64,000 bases of DNA, taken from positions 114,154-178,153 of IMG/VR virus record IMGVR_UViG_3300037249_001368. The stretch is one strand, 5' to 3'. This document shows positions 1 to 10,524 of this stretch, one piece after another. The number at the start of each line of letters is the position of its first letter. Positions within the stretch are counted from its first letter, which is position 1. This DNA is from a virus (lineage: Duplodnaviria > Caudoviricetes). The notes beneath the pieces were generated by a model. It was not told the origin of the DNA. It saw only the letters and a program-made list of their open reading frames with translations, and did not search any database. A program made the position numbers and the translations under genes.

Positions 1-55
1 TGAACACCCAGAAAACTAATACCATTTATGTCAGAAAACTAAAAATTGACAAACC

Positions 56-643
56 ATGAAATACAATAAAGAAGGAGACTTCACCCACTTCAGTGCTTTG
101 ACGTCTGACGCCTTGTCATTCTTCATCAGGATGGACGTCCCCATGCTTATTTACGCTGTCGACGACAACAAGAAGGTCTATTCGTGCATGGCTTTCCACG
201 ACAGCATGAATAAGAAATCTAAATCGAGGGTTGACACCAAGAATTGCAAGTATAAGGTAGAAATCAAAAGTTCTTCCTTTGCTGGTGAGAAAACCCTTAC
301 CGCTTTGGAGATTCTGAAAACCATTTCTAAATTCACCAACAACGGTAAATACGATATCGGTGTCACAATCAGAAATAAATGGGTTGACAAGTACAGTGTT
401 ATATTCCCGCTCATCGGCAAAGTCAAATCTTCTGTGTTGGAGCAGTACTACAGAATTAAAGTCACTGACGAATACATTCTGTTGACTGGTCGTGACATTC
501 AGAATTATCCTCAGGAGGTGTATTACTTCTATGAGGACTACAGCCTGCTGAAGTTTGATGAGAAAGGATTCGACACCATCATCGACAAGAGCAAATCCAA
601 ATTCACTCCTGCTATTATCTTTAACTCCGTAAAATTCAAGTAA
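56..643 (+). CDS. hypothetical protein
   Basis: 195-aa ORF, A-rich start context (caaaccATG), no recognisable motif. Confidence 0.75.
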   Translation: MKYNKEGDFTHFSALTSDALSFFIRMDVPMLIYAVDDNKKVYSCMAFHDSMNKKSKSRVDTKNCKYKVEIKSSSFAGEKTLTALEILKTISKFTNNGKYDIGVTIRNKWVDKYSVIFPLIGKVKSSVLEQYYRIKVTDEYILLTGRDIQNYPQEVYYFYEDYSLLKFDEKGFDTIIDKSKSKFTPAIIFNSVKFK

Positions 644-645
644 TC

Positions 646-1704
646 ATGATTGGCGATAACACTGAGTTCATGGGCACCGAGTTTTACGGAGGTCCATTGT
701 TCGAGCACCGAGGCAAACCAGACCCCGCGAAAGCCAGAGCAAGAGCAGAAGCCCACAAGCGCGGCATCTTACGTTCTAAAAACGCCCGTCGTCGTGAAAA
801 GGAGGCCGAGGAGCGCCGCAAGGAGCGTGCCAAGAAACGTGCTCAACGCGAAAAAGAGCTGAAAGCCATGGGCTTGTCGGATAACGACATCAAGAAACAA
901 CTGGAACGTGATGACAAAGATTTCGAGGCTCAGGAAAAGAAGCATCAACAGGAGAACCAGATTCAGGCTGGTCAACAATTTTCTAAGGAGCAAGCAGCTG
1001 ACATTGACAAGAACCACAAAACGGCTCTGAACGGTGCCACTGCTGCTCTGAAGAAGGTTGAAGCCAAGACCAAAACCGAGAAGAAACTGGTTTCTGACAT
1101 CGAAGATTACATCGACGAGGTAAATTCAGCTGTGACTGAATCTGTTGAAAAGGGTGAGAAGTTTGACATCCAACAAATTTTGGATGACACGGCTGCTGAA
1201 TACGAAAAACAACTGACCGAAACCGATTACGATGTCAATGATTTCTCCGATGATTTTGACTATAATCCTAAGACCAAAAAAGTTACCAAGAAAAAGAAAC
1301 CAAAGATTTCTGATGACAGTAACTACAGGGACTTACAGGATGACGATGCCAAAAAGAATAAGAAAATCAATGACATCAATCGCAAGATTCAGGAGTTGAA
1401 AGATAAGCATGACGAAGAAATTTCGGCCGCAAAGTCAGATGCAGAACGCAAACGCATCTATAACAGAAACCGTCGCGAACTTGACAAATTGAAGGATAAC
1501 CTGAAAAAGATGGAAATCAAGTCCCGTGACGATTATCAGGAGTTCAAGCGTGAGAAACGCGAACGCAGAAAAGAGCGTTTCGACAACAACCCAGCGGTTA
1601 TGTTCTTCAGATATAATTTCTTGAAGTTCACAGAACCTTTCGTCAAATTTGCAGGTTACTACAATGACCTGTATGATTATACCACCTCAAATATAGGTGG
1701 ATAA
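646..1704 (+). CDS. highly charged coiled-coil protein, possibly virion internal protein
   Basis: 352-aa K/E/R/D-rich ORF; N-terminal LFE resembles prohead-protease cleavage sites (inference). Confidence 0.6.
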   Translation: MIGDNTEFMGTEFYGGPLFEHRGKPDPAKARARAEAHKRGILRSKNARRREKEAEERRKERAKKRAQREKELKAMGLSDNDIKKQLERDDKDFEAQEKKHQQENQIQAGQQFSKEQAADIDKNHKTALNGATAALKKVEAKTKTEKKLVSDIEDYIDEVNSAVTESVEKGEKFDIQQILDDTAAEYEKQLTETDYDVNDFSDDFDYNPKTKKVTKKKKPKISDDSNYRDLQDDDAKKNKKINDINRKIQELKDKHDEEISAAKSDAERKRIYNRNRRELDKLKDNLKKMEIKSRDDYQEFKREKRERRKERFDNNPAVMFFRYNFLKFTEPFVKFAGYYNDLYDYTTSNIGG

Positions 1705-1706
1705 AT

Positions 1707-1734
1707 CAGACTAAATGGATATTTTTAGTTAGTT
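1707..1734 (+). promoter_or_regulatory. phage bipartite promoter (CAGACTAA-N16-AGTT)
   Basis: copy of recurrent motif with exact 16-nt spacer, upstream of SSB. Confidence 0.75.
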
Positions 1735-1807
1735 ATTTAGAATGTCCCAATTAAGTTATCAATAGTTTTTCAAAAAGTTTTAAGTTTAATTTCAAAAAGT
1801 TTTCAAA

Positions 1808-2908
1808 ATGAGTAACAATCCGAATTTAAGTAGTCTGTTAGTAAACGTTTCTAAGACAGAAGTCAACGAAGTTGTTAAAGCCGAAGATTTGCAGGAAGGC
1901 GGCATTAACTGGAAAGACAAGTTCTTTGAACCAGAGGTCGGCAACTCCTACGTCATCAAGTTCCTCCCCAACATCGAGAAGGACGGGGCTTGTGAGAGCA
2001 ACATCGTTCACCGAGTCTACTACAAGGACCTCCCAGACCCCGAGCGCAAGGGCAAGAAAATGACTTACATTTCTCCTGGCAAGGGCTGTCCTGTGATGGA
2101 ATTGTTCTTCGAGATGTCCTCGGCCAAGAAGGCTGGTGACGTCATCGCCGAGCAAAAAATCAAGAGGTACTTGTCCCGCAAACAGCAGGCTTGCGCGAAG
2201 GTGCAAATCATCAAGTCCCCTGACAAGGAGCAAATCGGAAAGATTTATCTGTTCCGTTTCAACACCTTTGGACAGAACGCCATCATCGCAAATCTCATCA
2301 ACCAGAAGTTGAATCCTACCAAGGACCAAATCGAGAACGGCGAAGACAAGGAGAATATCTTCAACATCTTCGAGAGTTCCGTGATGAACATCGTTTGCAA
2401 GGAAGAAACATTCGATGGTCAGAAAGGTCGCGGTTACGCAAGTTCAACTTGGCTGCAGAAGAAGCGCGGCGCTTTCATCCAACTCGAAAACGGTGAGAGC
2501 CACGAGTTCACTCCAGCTGACCTTGACGCAGACGGCAATTACAAACCAGAAGTGATGCCTTTCGTCGAGGAATTTATCAATCAACTGACCCGCGACGACG
2601 TGTCCATGAAGAGATGGTTCTCGTATCGCAGACCAGAGGATTGCGAGACCGAAGAGGATAAGGCCTACGTGACCAATGTTCTCAAGAAGGTCCAAACTAT
2701 CATTCCTGTCATTCGCGACAAGAGCATTACCGAAATCGAAAACTTCGGCAAGGCCGAGCCCGCGGAAAAGAAGGATGCAGGGGGTGACATCTTGAAAGAG
2801 TCCATCCCCGATGAACTCAAAGGTGTAATCGGAGAAGAGAACACCCCCAAAGCTGCAGAAACCAGTTCAGACGATGACCTGATTGAACAAGCTTTACAGA
2901 ACAGCTAA
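1808..2908 (+). CDS. single-stranded DNA-binding protein, T4 gp32-like
   Basis: GNSYVIKFLP (gp32 GNGxAVIRFLP), CPV, acidic tail SSDDDLIEQ. Confidence 0.85.
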   Translation: MSNNPNLSSLLVNVSKTEVNEVVKAEDLQEGGINWKDKFFEPEVGNSYVIKFLPNIEKDGACESNIVHRVYYKDLPDPERKGKKMTYISPGKGCPVMELFFEMSSAKKAGDVIAEQKIKRYLSRKQQACAKVQIIKSPDKEQIGKIYLFRFNTFGQNAIIANLINQKLNPTKDQIENGEDKENIFNIFESSVMNIVCKEETFDGQKGRGYASSTWLQKKRGAFIQLENGESHEFTPADLDADGNYKPEVMPFVEEFINQLTRDDVSMKRWFSYRRPEDCETEEDKAYVTNVLKKVQTIIPVIRDKSITEIENFGKAEPAEKKDAGGDILKESIPDELKGVIGEENTPKAAETSSDDDLIEQALQNS

Positions 2909-2930
2909 TCCCCCATCAACACCAATCATC

Positions 2931-2970
2931 AGAGAAGCCCTGATGCCAGTGAGCGTCAGGGCTTTTCTTA
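2931..2970 (+). terminator. intrinsic terminator
   Basis: aagccctgatgc/gcgtcagggctt hairpin followed by ttct. Confidence 0.8.
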
Positions 2971-3016
2971 TGCCATTTTTACAAGTTTTTATTAGCCCGT
3001 ATCTTAATACATACTC

Positions 3017-3799
3017 ATGCGACAAAAGAAAATTTCAACGATTGAGGAACTTCTGAAAGATGAAGTGGAATTTATGACTGAGCGCGATAAGTATGCTCAG
3101 AAATACCAGAAATCGTTGGAAGAGGCGAGAGCCCGTGAAGGAGGTTTTAAGAAAAACTCCAAGTATTCTTTACGCACGAAAATACTGAAACATGAATGGT
3201 TAGGTCACAGACCTGCTTCCAGAGCATTGAATTGGTTGTATAAAACCGTATTCAAAAACCCTGACAAATATCGTTATACGAAACGGTTAATGTATCAGGG
3301 TGGTCTGTTCATTTTTGAATACAAGAACCCTAAATATAAAGATACATCTGTTCTGCCGTGGTTTGACCAATACCCGTTAGTTTTAAGTTTAGGACCCATA
3401 ACCACGAATTTAGGTAACAGAAACATGGGATTTAATCTGCATTTGTTACCTCCGAGAATCCGTATCATAGTTTTATGCTACATTTTCGAGATTTACAAAA
3501 ACGCATATCGCTATGGTGTGTTTTTGAAGAGAGACATATACCCTGTTCCTGTCAGTTATCACAGCATTGTAGACCAGTTACGGATTTATGGTGTTGAGTT
3601 TTGTATCAGGATGTATATCCCAGCCAGACAAAAACAGATAGTTCACTTCCCATTAAAAGAATGGCAAAACGCAATTTTCATTCCTTCTCGGGGTTATTAC
3701 GATATCAGAGCCAAGAAACTCATAAAAGAGTGGAAGGAATTTTGCCGCAGCCGTCACATCTATGTGTCTGAAAAAGTCAACTGGAAAAATATCATTTAA
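3017..3799 (+). CDS. DNA end protector protein, T4 gp2-like
   Basis: YKNPKYKDTSVLPWFDQYPLV...GFNLHLLPPRIR matches the gp2 pattern. Confidence 0.8.
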   Translation: MRQKKISTIEELLKDEVEFMTERDKYAQKYQKSLEEARAREGGFKKNSKYSLRTKILKHEWLGHRPASRALNWLYKTVFKNPDKYRYTKRLMYQGGLFIFEYKNPKYKDTSVLPWFDQYPLVLSLGPITTNLGNRNMGFNLHLLPPRIRIIVLCYIFEIYKNAYRYGVFLKRDIYPVPVSYHSIVDQLRIYGVEFCIRMYIPARQKQIVHFPLKEWQNAIFIPSRGYYDIRAKKLIKEWKEFCRSRHIYVSEKVNWKNII

Positions 3800-3845
3800 C
3801 AGCAGAATATTTTTCTTCAGACAAAAATCCATATTTATAAGTTTT

Positions 3846-3873
3846 CAGCCTAATCAAGCCAAAAAGCTTGGTT
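3846..3873 (+). promoter_or_regulatory. phage bipartite promoter (CAGCCTAA-N16-GGTT)
   Basis: exact-spacer copy upstream of UvsW-like gene. Confidence 0.8.
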
Positions 3874-3882
3874 TATATCACT

Positions 3883-5535
3883 ATGAAATTTAGATTTATA
3901 GCAGGTAAAAATTGTAGGGATTTTGTTGTAATGGAATCCATTGAGACAGAAAAGGATTTTCAGATGTATGCTATCGTCGAAAAAGTTCTGTCGAGAGAAG
4001 AGTACAAACCTTTTATGAAGGGGGATTTCGACAAACACATCCGTTACAGTTACCTATTCAATAAGTCAATCTTCCCATATCAGTTTTGGTCTGATGTAAG
4101 AAATGCTCTGAGTCAAACCACTGGTTATCTGTGTGAGGAAAAGGATTTAGAACTGCTTGATGACCCATACAAAACAGGTCATTACAGGTCTCCGATAACC
4201 TACGAAGAGTTTTATGACTGGGTTTATTCTCTGAAATTACCTGATGATATTTCAGTCGATGACGAAAAATATAGTTATCAGCCAGAGTCAGCAATTAGAG
4301 CGATAAACGCTCATGTTGCACGAATCGAGGTAGCAACCGCCGGTGGTAAAACTTTCCTCACATACCTTTATTGTAAGTGCCTGATGCAAGTCATCGGAAT
4401 CAAGGGAAAGATTCTGATTATTGTTCCATCACAAACATTGTGCAAACAGCTGAAAGATGATTTTTATCATTACGACAGTATGAATGATTTTGACCAACAG
4501 ATTGTAGTTGAAACCATTTACGCTAATTCAAAGCGTCTCGTTGATGCAGAAATTGTTTGTGGAACTTATCAGTCTTTGTCGAACTACGAGGAAGATTATT
4601 TTGAGGATTTCACTGTTTGCATTTGCGACGAATTACACAGAGCAAAAGCTTACAGTATCAGAAATGCTATTTACGCTAAATTAAGAAATGTTCAGTACTT
4701 CTTCGGAATGACTGGTACATTCCCCGAATACAAAACTCTAGACTACATACACATAGTTTCTATGTTTGGGCCTGAGGTAATGAATGTTTCAGCTAAGCAG
4801 TTGATGGACACGGGTGTTGCTAATTACACCGCTATTAAAATGATTCAGCTGGAATATTACAACACCAACACAAATGACCCGAATGATAGAATCAAGAACT
4901 TCTCGGAAATTGTCAAAGAATTTCCTGAGATGCACCCAGAGTATTTTGAGACACACCCAGACCTCGTGATACCAAACGAAGATGAAGGCGGTAAGTGGGA
5001 GAACCCATCGCAACGCTACTATTTGGAGAAGTATTATTATCAGCACAATACTGCTCGCTTAAAGGTATTGTCTAATCTTGTCAACAAATTTGAGGAAAAC
5101 TCGATTGTGTTTGTTGATACAGTTCAGTATTGTGAAGAGATTTATGATTTCCTTACAGCAAATTGCCCAGACCCTGAAAGAAAGTTTTTCATCATCCACG
5201 GCTCAGTGAAACACAGAGATGATATTCTTGATGAGGTCAAATCAACAAACGGAAAATGTGTGATAATTGCTACATACGGAACTATGTCCACCGGCGTATC
5301 AATTAAAAATTTAACAAACGCATATATAGTGGACGGAGGTAAATCTTCAAATAGAATCCGTCAGTCGATAGGTCGTTTGATGCGTATCATCGAGAACAAA
5401 AAGACTTCCAAGGTTTTTGACTTTTGTGATGACATGAATGGTTCAAGCTTTAAGAAACAGGCTAAAATCAGAAAGTCGACATACGAGTTCAATAACTTTG
5501 ATGTATCATCCTTTAGAATCAAAATTCTGAAATGA
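3883..5535 (+). CDS. uvsW: SF2 DNA helicase, UvsW-like
   Basis: ATAGGKT, CDELH, MTGT, STGVSIKNL, QSIGRLMR; ATG 3883 preferred because the called TTG lies inside the promoter. Confidence 0.88.
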   Translation: MKFRFIAGKNCRDFVVMESIETEKDFQMYAIVEKVLSREEYKPFMKGDFDKHIRYSYLFNKSIFPYQFWSDVRNALSQTTGYLCEEKDLELLDDPYKTGHYRSPITYEEFYDWVYSLKLPDDISVDDEKYSYQPESAIRAINAHVARIEVATAGGKTFLTYLYCKCLMQVIGIKGKILIIVPSQTLCKQLKDDFYHYDSMNDFDQQIVVETIYANSKRLVDAEIVCGTYQSLSNYEEDYFEDFTVCICDELHRAKAYSIRNAIYAKLRNVQYFFGMTGTFPEYKTLDYIHIVSMFGPEVMNVSAKQLMDTGVANYTAIKMIQLEYYNTNTNDPNDRIKNFSEIVKEFPEMHPEYFETHPDLVIPNEDEGGKWENPSQRYYLEKYYYQHNTARLKVLSNLVNKFEENSIVFVDTVQYCEEIYDFLTANCPDPERKFFIIHGSVKHRDDILDEVKSTNGKCVIIATYGTMSTGVSIKNLTNAYIVDGGKSSNRIRQSIGRLMRIIENKKTSKVFDFCDDMNGSSFKKQAKIRKSTYEFNNFDVSSFRIKILK

Positions 5536-6158
5536 AAATTGGTAGCGATGTCAATGTCAGTAAATTGGATTCCTTGATTGAAACAGAATCAGAGGAAGAA
5601 TATGCTATTGGCTTGGGAACAGAATTTGAGAGTGATGATTCTGATGATTTCTTTGAATATGACCCGTCATTCCAAAAACGGTTCATAAACAGTACCTCAA
5701 ACGACGAGAGTCAGAACAAAGCAGTTTCCTTTGACTACATAAACATATCAGAGGAGGTTTATGGCATAGTAGTAAATGTCGTGGGCACCACTGAATTTTC
5801 TAAAGACAAATCGAGAAACAATTCAGTTCTTTACGAACAGGTCAATAAGAATTTTTCAAAGATTGTCAAGGAAATTTTACAAGACCAGAAAAAGAAGAAA
5901 TTCCCAGGAATCATATCAATAGCATTTATACAGTTCTCCGAATATATAAGTTCAATGACTGCTGAGGGGAAACCTGATTTAAGTTATTATGATGTATTCC
6001 ACGCCATGAACGAAAAGTTCCAAAACTTTATTAAAAAGGAACTGATACAAATGATTGGTGCTGATAGTTACAGGAGAGCAGAGAAGAGAGCCCAAGCAGA
6101 TTTGAAACCAAGTATTGACAATCACTTTGATGCCATAATCAAGAAAATAAGTTTCTGA
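5532..6158 (+). CDS. hypothetical protein with acidic N-terminus
   Basis: 208-aa ORF overlapping the helicase stop (ATGA-type coupling). Confidence 0.7.
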   Translation: MKIGSDVNVSKLDSLIETESEEEYAIGLGTEFESDDSDDFFEYDPSFQKRFINSTSNDESQNKAVSFDYINISEEVYGIVVNVVGTTEFSKDKSRNNSVLYEQVNKNFSKIVKEILQDQKKKKFPGIISIAFIQFSEYISSMTAEGKPDLSYYDVFHAMNEKFQNFIKKELIQMIGADSYRRAEKRAQADLKPSIDNHFDAIIKKISF

Positions 6159-6159
6159 G

Positions 6160-6999
6160 ATGTATTCCCAAAAAGCAAAGATTTACGGTTTTAAGCAAAT
6201 GCTCAGTGCAGCCATTGCTTTCGTCACAAGTATCTCGAAAACACTTCACGAACTGATGCCTGACTTGCCGGTGTTTGTCCTCGTTTCAGGTGACAATAAT
6301 TATATCATGGACGAGAAGTTCAAAACCGTTGCCAAGGAATTATATGAAAAGACTCCTCGCTTTGTGATACGATTTAATTCCTTTGAAAGAGACCAAGCAC
6401 AGGACACAGCAGTTTACAACCGTTACGAATTTATATCTCAGGACGAAGACGCAGAAGAACAGGGTGAGTTGGCAAGAGCCTCAATCAGGAGGTTATGTAC
6501 TTACCTGAATTGTAATTGCACGATGGTTTCATCGAATTTCATCAGTGCAATGATGCACCTTGAAATGCTTTATGCTATATTTTCAAGAGAGAATCCATTC
6601 AGTTATGAGTATCAGGGTTCGGCATTTAATGGGGCTTTCACGACAGATTCTCAAGATTTTAACTTTCCTGAGCAAGATTCAGGCACGAGAAATTTTAATC
6701 AAAACATAGACGTCAAAGTTCAAGTACATTTATACACACCAAAAATCAACACTATCGTTCTCGGCAAAGATTATGATTATGATGGTGTTGCGGTGACAAT
6801 TCAGGAAAAAGATGTCATAAACCGTGTTGAAGTTTCTGAAGAGGAAACCGACTATGTGGAGAAAGACATGATTCCTGAAGAAATTGACGTCGAGGGTGAG
6901 ATACCGCAGGATGGTGGTGAAGGCAAGGTCAAAGTCGTGGAACCACGTCAGGATGATGACATTCCTTATACCAGCACAAATCGTGAAACAAATGTCTAA
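6160..6999 (+). CDS. putative tail completion/sheath stabilizer, T4 gp15-like
   Basis: TPRFVIRFNSFERD resembles the gp15 PR-hydrophobic-D motif; beta-rich C-terminal half. Confidence 0.5.
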   Translation: MYSQKAKIYGFKQMLSAAIAFVTSISKTLHELMPDLPVFVLVSGDNNYIMDEKFKTVAKELYEKTPRFVIRFNSFERDQAQDTAVYNRYEFISQDEDAEEQGELARASIRRLCTYLNCNCTMVSSNFISAMMHLEMLYAIFSRENPFSYEYQGSAFNGAFTTDSQDFNFPEQDSGTRNFNQNIDVKVQVHLYTPKINTIVLGKDYDYDGVAVTIQEKDVINRVEVSEEETDYVEKDMIPEEIDVEGEIPQDGGEGKVKVVEPRQDDDIPYTSTNRETNV

Positions 7000-7011
7000 A
7001 ACTAAAATATC

Positions 7012-7197
7012 ATGTGTCAGTATTGCGAAAACCATGTCCCACTTAACAAAACCAAGGTAAAAACAGGGACTTACATCAGCGAAGGTGGAGACGGATTCTT
7101 CTACCTAAATAACCCTAACGGAGTGGTTAGAAGAATTAACTTTTGTCCCGTGTGCGGTGCTAAGTTGACTCCGTTTGATAATCTTGATGTTGACTAA
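7012..7197 (+). CDS. small zinc-ribbon protein
   Basis: CQYC ... FCPVCG. Confidence 0.7.
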   Translation: MCQYCENHVPLNKTKVKTGTYISEGGDGFFYLNNPNGVVRRINFCPVCGAKLTPFDNLDVD

Positions 7198-7209
7198 AAT
7201 GTACCGCCT

Positions 7210-7434
7210 ATGTTCAAATTTATACCCAAAGACGAATTTTACTTAATGATAATTTCCTCAGTTCTGTGTTTCATCATAGAATACATTTTGGAAGTTATCA
7301 TCGACAGAAGCTACTTTAATATGAAAAGAATACAAAACCTATCAATGATTCAGTTCATAGTTTTGGTTGCTTATGTAGGTGTTCTTTTCTATCTGATTTT
7401 CAAAGACTGGAAAATCAACTGGAATTGGTTATGA
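7210..7434 (+). CDS. small two-TM membrane protein
   Basis: two hydrophobic segments. Confidence 0.6.
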   Translation: MFKFIPKDEFYLMIISSVLCFIIEYILEVIIDRSYFNMKRIQNLSMIQFIVLVAYVGVLFYLIFKDWKINWNWL

Positions 7435-8006
7435 AAGAAAATTACGAATATACCCTAATCAAAAAACTTGAGAAAAGGGATAAGAAAGGAAAAGGCAACA
7501 ATTTTCTGAAAGCAGTCTTTGCTCCTTACTATTTCCTTGCTGAGTGCTATTGCAGGAATAAGATTTGGAGTAACTTCATTTTCAAAAAAATGATTACCAC
7601 TGACGACGTATTCAAATTCCTCGACGAGCAGGATTTTGAAGTAAGGAAGGGGAAGCGTTTCGTGAAAATGGATTTGTTGCAAGATTCGAGATATGATTTT
7701 AATGACTTGAATCAGTCTAAAAAACTCATTTTTCAAGATTATTCAGACGCGACGCTTGCTGTATTAAGAAAGAACATTCCTTTCGACGTGGAGAATTTCA
7801 TGAATCTTCATGTAGAAATCGACGATAAAATCGTGACATCCGAAGACGGAGAAATATACCACTCCTTGGTTTATTACGTATGGATTCAGTACTGGCGCGA
7901 AACACGCTACAGAGACTCCTTGAATCGTTTAATTAAGTGGGTAGTTGCTTTCATTTGTTTAGTTTTATGTGTATTGTTATTGATACGTATTTTCTCCGTT
8001 ATTTGA
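7431..8006 (+). CDS. hypothetical protein with C-terminal TM anchor
   Basis: ATG 7431 overlaps the previous stop; hydrophobic C-terminus. Confidence 0.65.
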   Translation: MKENYEYTLIKKLEKRDKKGKGNNFLKAVFAPYYFLAECYCRNKIWSNFIFKKMITTDDVFKFLDEQDFEVRKGKRFVKMDLLQDSRYDFNDLNQSKKLIFQDYSDATLAVLRKNIPFDVENFMNLHVEIDDKIVTSEDGEIYHSLVYYVWIQYWRETRYRDSLNRLIKWVVAFICLVLCVLLLIRIFSVI

Positions 8007-8035
8007 AAATCATTACTCCTAAATAATATTCAATA

Positions 8036-9577
8036 ATGAACAATTTAGACAAACAGAAAACCCTTGAAAAGGGTTACGAAAATGCTCAAATGCACTTTTT
8101 CAAGACTGTGACTGAGTATCTTGGTGAAATCAAAGATAAGCACGTCCGTCTTGAGATGGCAGAGAGCCTGCATGATGACATTGAGCAGAATTGGGAAACC
8201 GCCAAAGGTACATTCCAATTCCTTGGCTGTATGGCTTACCTCGTTGGTTTGGACTTCTGCTCACAAACTTACCCCAACAGAAACGTCATCGGAAATGCTC
8301 GTAAGCGTATCGAGACATTTGTGCTTCCTGCAGACTTCCAAAAGGAGTTTCTTGAGAAATTCGTGGCAGTCATTGAAAAGACTGACATGAAGGACTTTGA
8401 AGCCATCTACGACCGTTACTCAAAGGAAGCAGAAGAAGAAATTCCTCAGAAGTATGTGGGGACGCTGAGCGGCATCGCTTACAAGACCAAACTCATCCTT
8501 GCCAATTCATCAATCGCCGTAAAATATGCGGTTGACGTGAAGAACATCATGGACAAGAACGCATGGACCTATCAGGACATCATCAAGATGAATACCACGG
8601 TCTCACAGTACTGTAAGTTCATGGGCAAGCCCGCTATCAACAAGTTCAATGCTCTGTTCATGGACAAGAACTACCAAGACTTGTTGAAGACTGCTGCCGA
8701 CAAGTTTGAGCAGTACAAGTTTGGTACTCTGTTCATGGAGTCTATCCAGACCATGAAAGACTTCTTGATTTCGGGAAGATTCAGCAAGGAAGACATCTTA
8801 CGTATGCTCAACAACGAGATTACCGAGGAAGAGTTTACCAAGGCAGAAGCAGAGTTCCAAGAGAAACTGAAAGCCGATGAACTGAAGAAGGAAGACAAGG
8901 CCCCAGTCTACGAACAGACCGTCGAAGACATGATGCACAAAGACCCCGTCAACGCGGTTTTGGTCATTGCTGACGAAGCCATTGATTTCGGCCTCAAAAC
9001 CGAGGAAGATTTCATCAAAGGTATCGAGGCAGTGTGCAACGCCCCCGAATACATGGGCAGCATTTATCACTACATCAAGGCCAAGATTTCCGCAGTGGAC
9101 AATACCTGCACTTTGGGTAAATACAACTTCACCATCGAGAAACTCATAGAGACCGTCGATAAGAAGGTTGTGGAACTCAGAGCAGATTACAAGGCCGTTG
9201 CTGAAGAGATTTGCGAGGACCTCGGTGATAACAAGAAGGAAGTCAATCAACTGGTCAACGCCATGATTGGTTGCTTGATTCTTGAATCAAACGACCAGAA
9301 GAGTTACCTCATTTCTCAATACATGCAACCTTCGATTGAAACATATCAACACCTCACTCAAATCATGAACCTGATTGAGGAGTCTGACATGATTGCCAAC
9401 GATGAAGGACTGAAGACCTACGGCAAACTTTACAAGTTCGTCAAGGAAACTCCCGCAATCGCTGACAAACTCGTTTCAATCAACAGAGCAGAGCCTCTCT
9501 TCAATAAACTGTCTATGTTTATTGCGGTGAAAGACCTGTTTAATAAATATAAGGAATCCTGTAATACACCTGAATAA
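8036..9577 (+). CDS. hypothetical alpha-helical protein, probably highly expressed
   Basis: 513-aa ORF, C-ending codon bias like the SSB gene, own terminator. Confidence 0.75.
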   Translation: MNNLDKQKTLEKGYENAQMHFFKTVTEYLGEIKDKHVRLEMAESLHDDIEQNWETAKGTFQFLGCMAYLVGLDFCSQTYPNRNVIGNARKRIETFVLPADFQKEFLEKFVAVIEKTDMKDFEAIYDRYSKEAEEEIPQKYVGTLSGIAYKTKLILANSSIAVKYAVDVKNIMDKNAWTYQDIIKMNTTVSQYCKFMGKPAINKFNALFMDKNYQDLLKTAADKFEQYKFGTLFMESIQTMKDFLISGRFSKEDILRMLNNEITEEEFTKAEAEFQEKLKADELKKEDKAPVYEQTVEDMMHKDPVNAVLVIADEAIDFGLKTEEDFIKGIEAVCNAPEYMGSIYHYIKAKISAVDNTCTLGKYNFTIEKLIETVDKKVVELRADYKAVAEEICEDLGDNKKEVNQLVNAMIGCLILESNDQKSYLISQYMQPSIETYQHLTQIMNLIEESDMIANDEGLKTYGKLYKFVKETPAIADKLVSINRAEPLFNKLSMFIAVKDLFNKYKESCNTPE

Positions 9578-9594
9578 GGTGTCGGTCATGTTGG

Positions 9595-9630
9595 TCCCTC
9601 CGATGGCGCAAAACGTCGGAGGGATTTTTT
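9595..9630 (+). terminator. intrinsic terminator
   Basis: tccctccgatg/cgtcggaggga + T6. Confidence 0.85.
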
Positions 9631-9666
9631 ATACATAGATACTTTGCAACAAAAAATTTCTAGGTT

Positions 9667-10524
9667 ATGTCAATATCGAAGTTCAAGGATTTTATCAAGA
9701 GATGTGTAACAGTTGTTGCGTCAAGAGAGTTTGCATTTATTTACTGCCTTTTAGGAACCTTTGGTGAAGTAGCGCATTGTTATTTTCTATTAGATTCAGT
9801 ATCATCATTTAATGGTTTCTTCAAACATTTCCAAGCAGGGGTATTATCATTATTCATATCTTCGTCACTGATGTATTTCGTTTCCATCTCGGATTCAAGT
9901 GATGAAGAAACAGAACAGAAGCGTATCAGAAGAGCAGTAAACCTGTTCATGGTTATGGAAATACTCATGAACATGTATTACTATTGTCAGCACCTTATCA
10001 TAAAAGCAGAAACCATGAGGTTGTTTGATTTCATCTTCGGTACCGTAATTTCATGTCTGATTCCTGTAACTATTAAATTGTACTCGAACTCCATTAAAGC
10101 CAAACAATGGATTAATGAAATCGAAAGTCAGCAATCGAATGACACTGAAAATGTAAATCAGCCTAATTCATCCCAAGAACCTGGTTTATCAAAAAGTGAT
10201 GTCCAAGAAATTGTAAATGTCACAGTCCAAGAAAAAATCAAAGAAGTTGAGATACCAATTAACAAAGAACAAGTCCAAAAAACAATAGATGAGGTTTTAG
10301 ATGAAAGATTAAAAGAAAAGACCGCTGAAGATGGGTATTCTGTTGATGACTTATTGTTTGAAAGCAAGTTGAAAGCCATTGTCGAGGAGAAAGTCAATGA
10401 AGCATTGAGACAGAACCCAGACGTAAAAACAAAGGAACTTCTTAAGAGTCTCGTAATCGAACAGTTTGAGAAAATACAAAAATCCAACGAAGAATATATC
10501 GACAAAAAACTTGAAGAAAAATGA
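9667..10524 (+). CDS. multi-TM membrane protein with C-terminal coiled coil
   Basis: about four hydrophobic helices then a charged heptad-like tail. Confidence 0.7.
   Translation: MSISKFKDFIKRCVTVVASREFAFIYCLLGTFGEVAHCYFLLDSVSSFNGFFKHFQAGVLSLFISSSLMYFVSISDSSDEETEQKRIRRAVNLFMVMEILMNMYYYCQHLIIKAETMRLFDFIFGTVISCLIPVTIKLYSNSIKAKQWINEIESQQSNDTENVNQPNSSQEPGLSKSDVQEIVNVTVQEKIKEVEIPINKEQVQKTIDEVLDERLKEKTAEDGYSVDDLLFESKLKAIVEEKVNEALRQNPDVKTKELLKSLVIEQFEKIQKSNEEYIDKKLEEK
10159..10186 (+). promoter_or_regulatory. intragenic bipartite promoter (CAGCCTAA-N16-GGTT)
   Basis: exact-spacer copy inside 9667..10524, upstream of the clamp loader. Confidence 0.65.
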
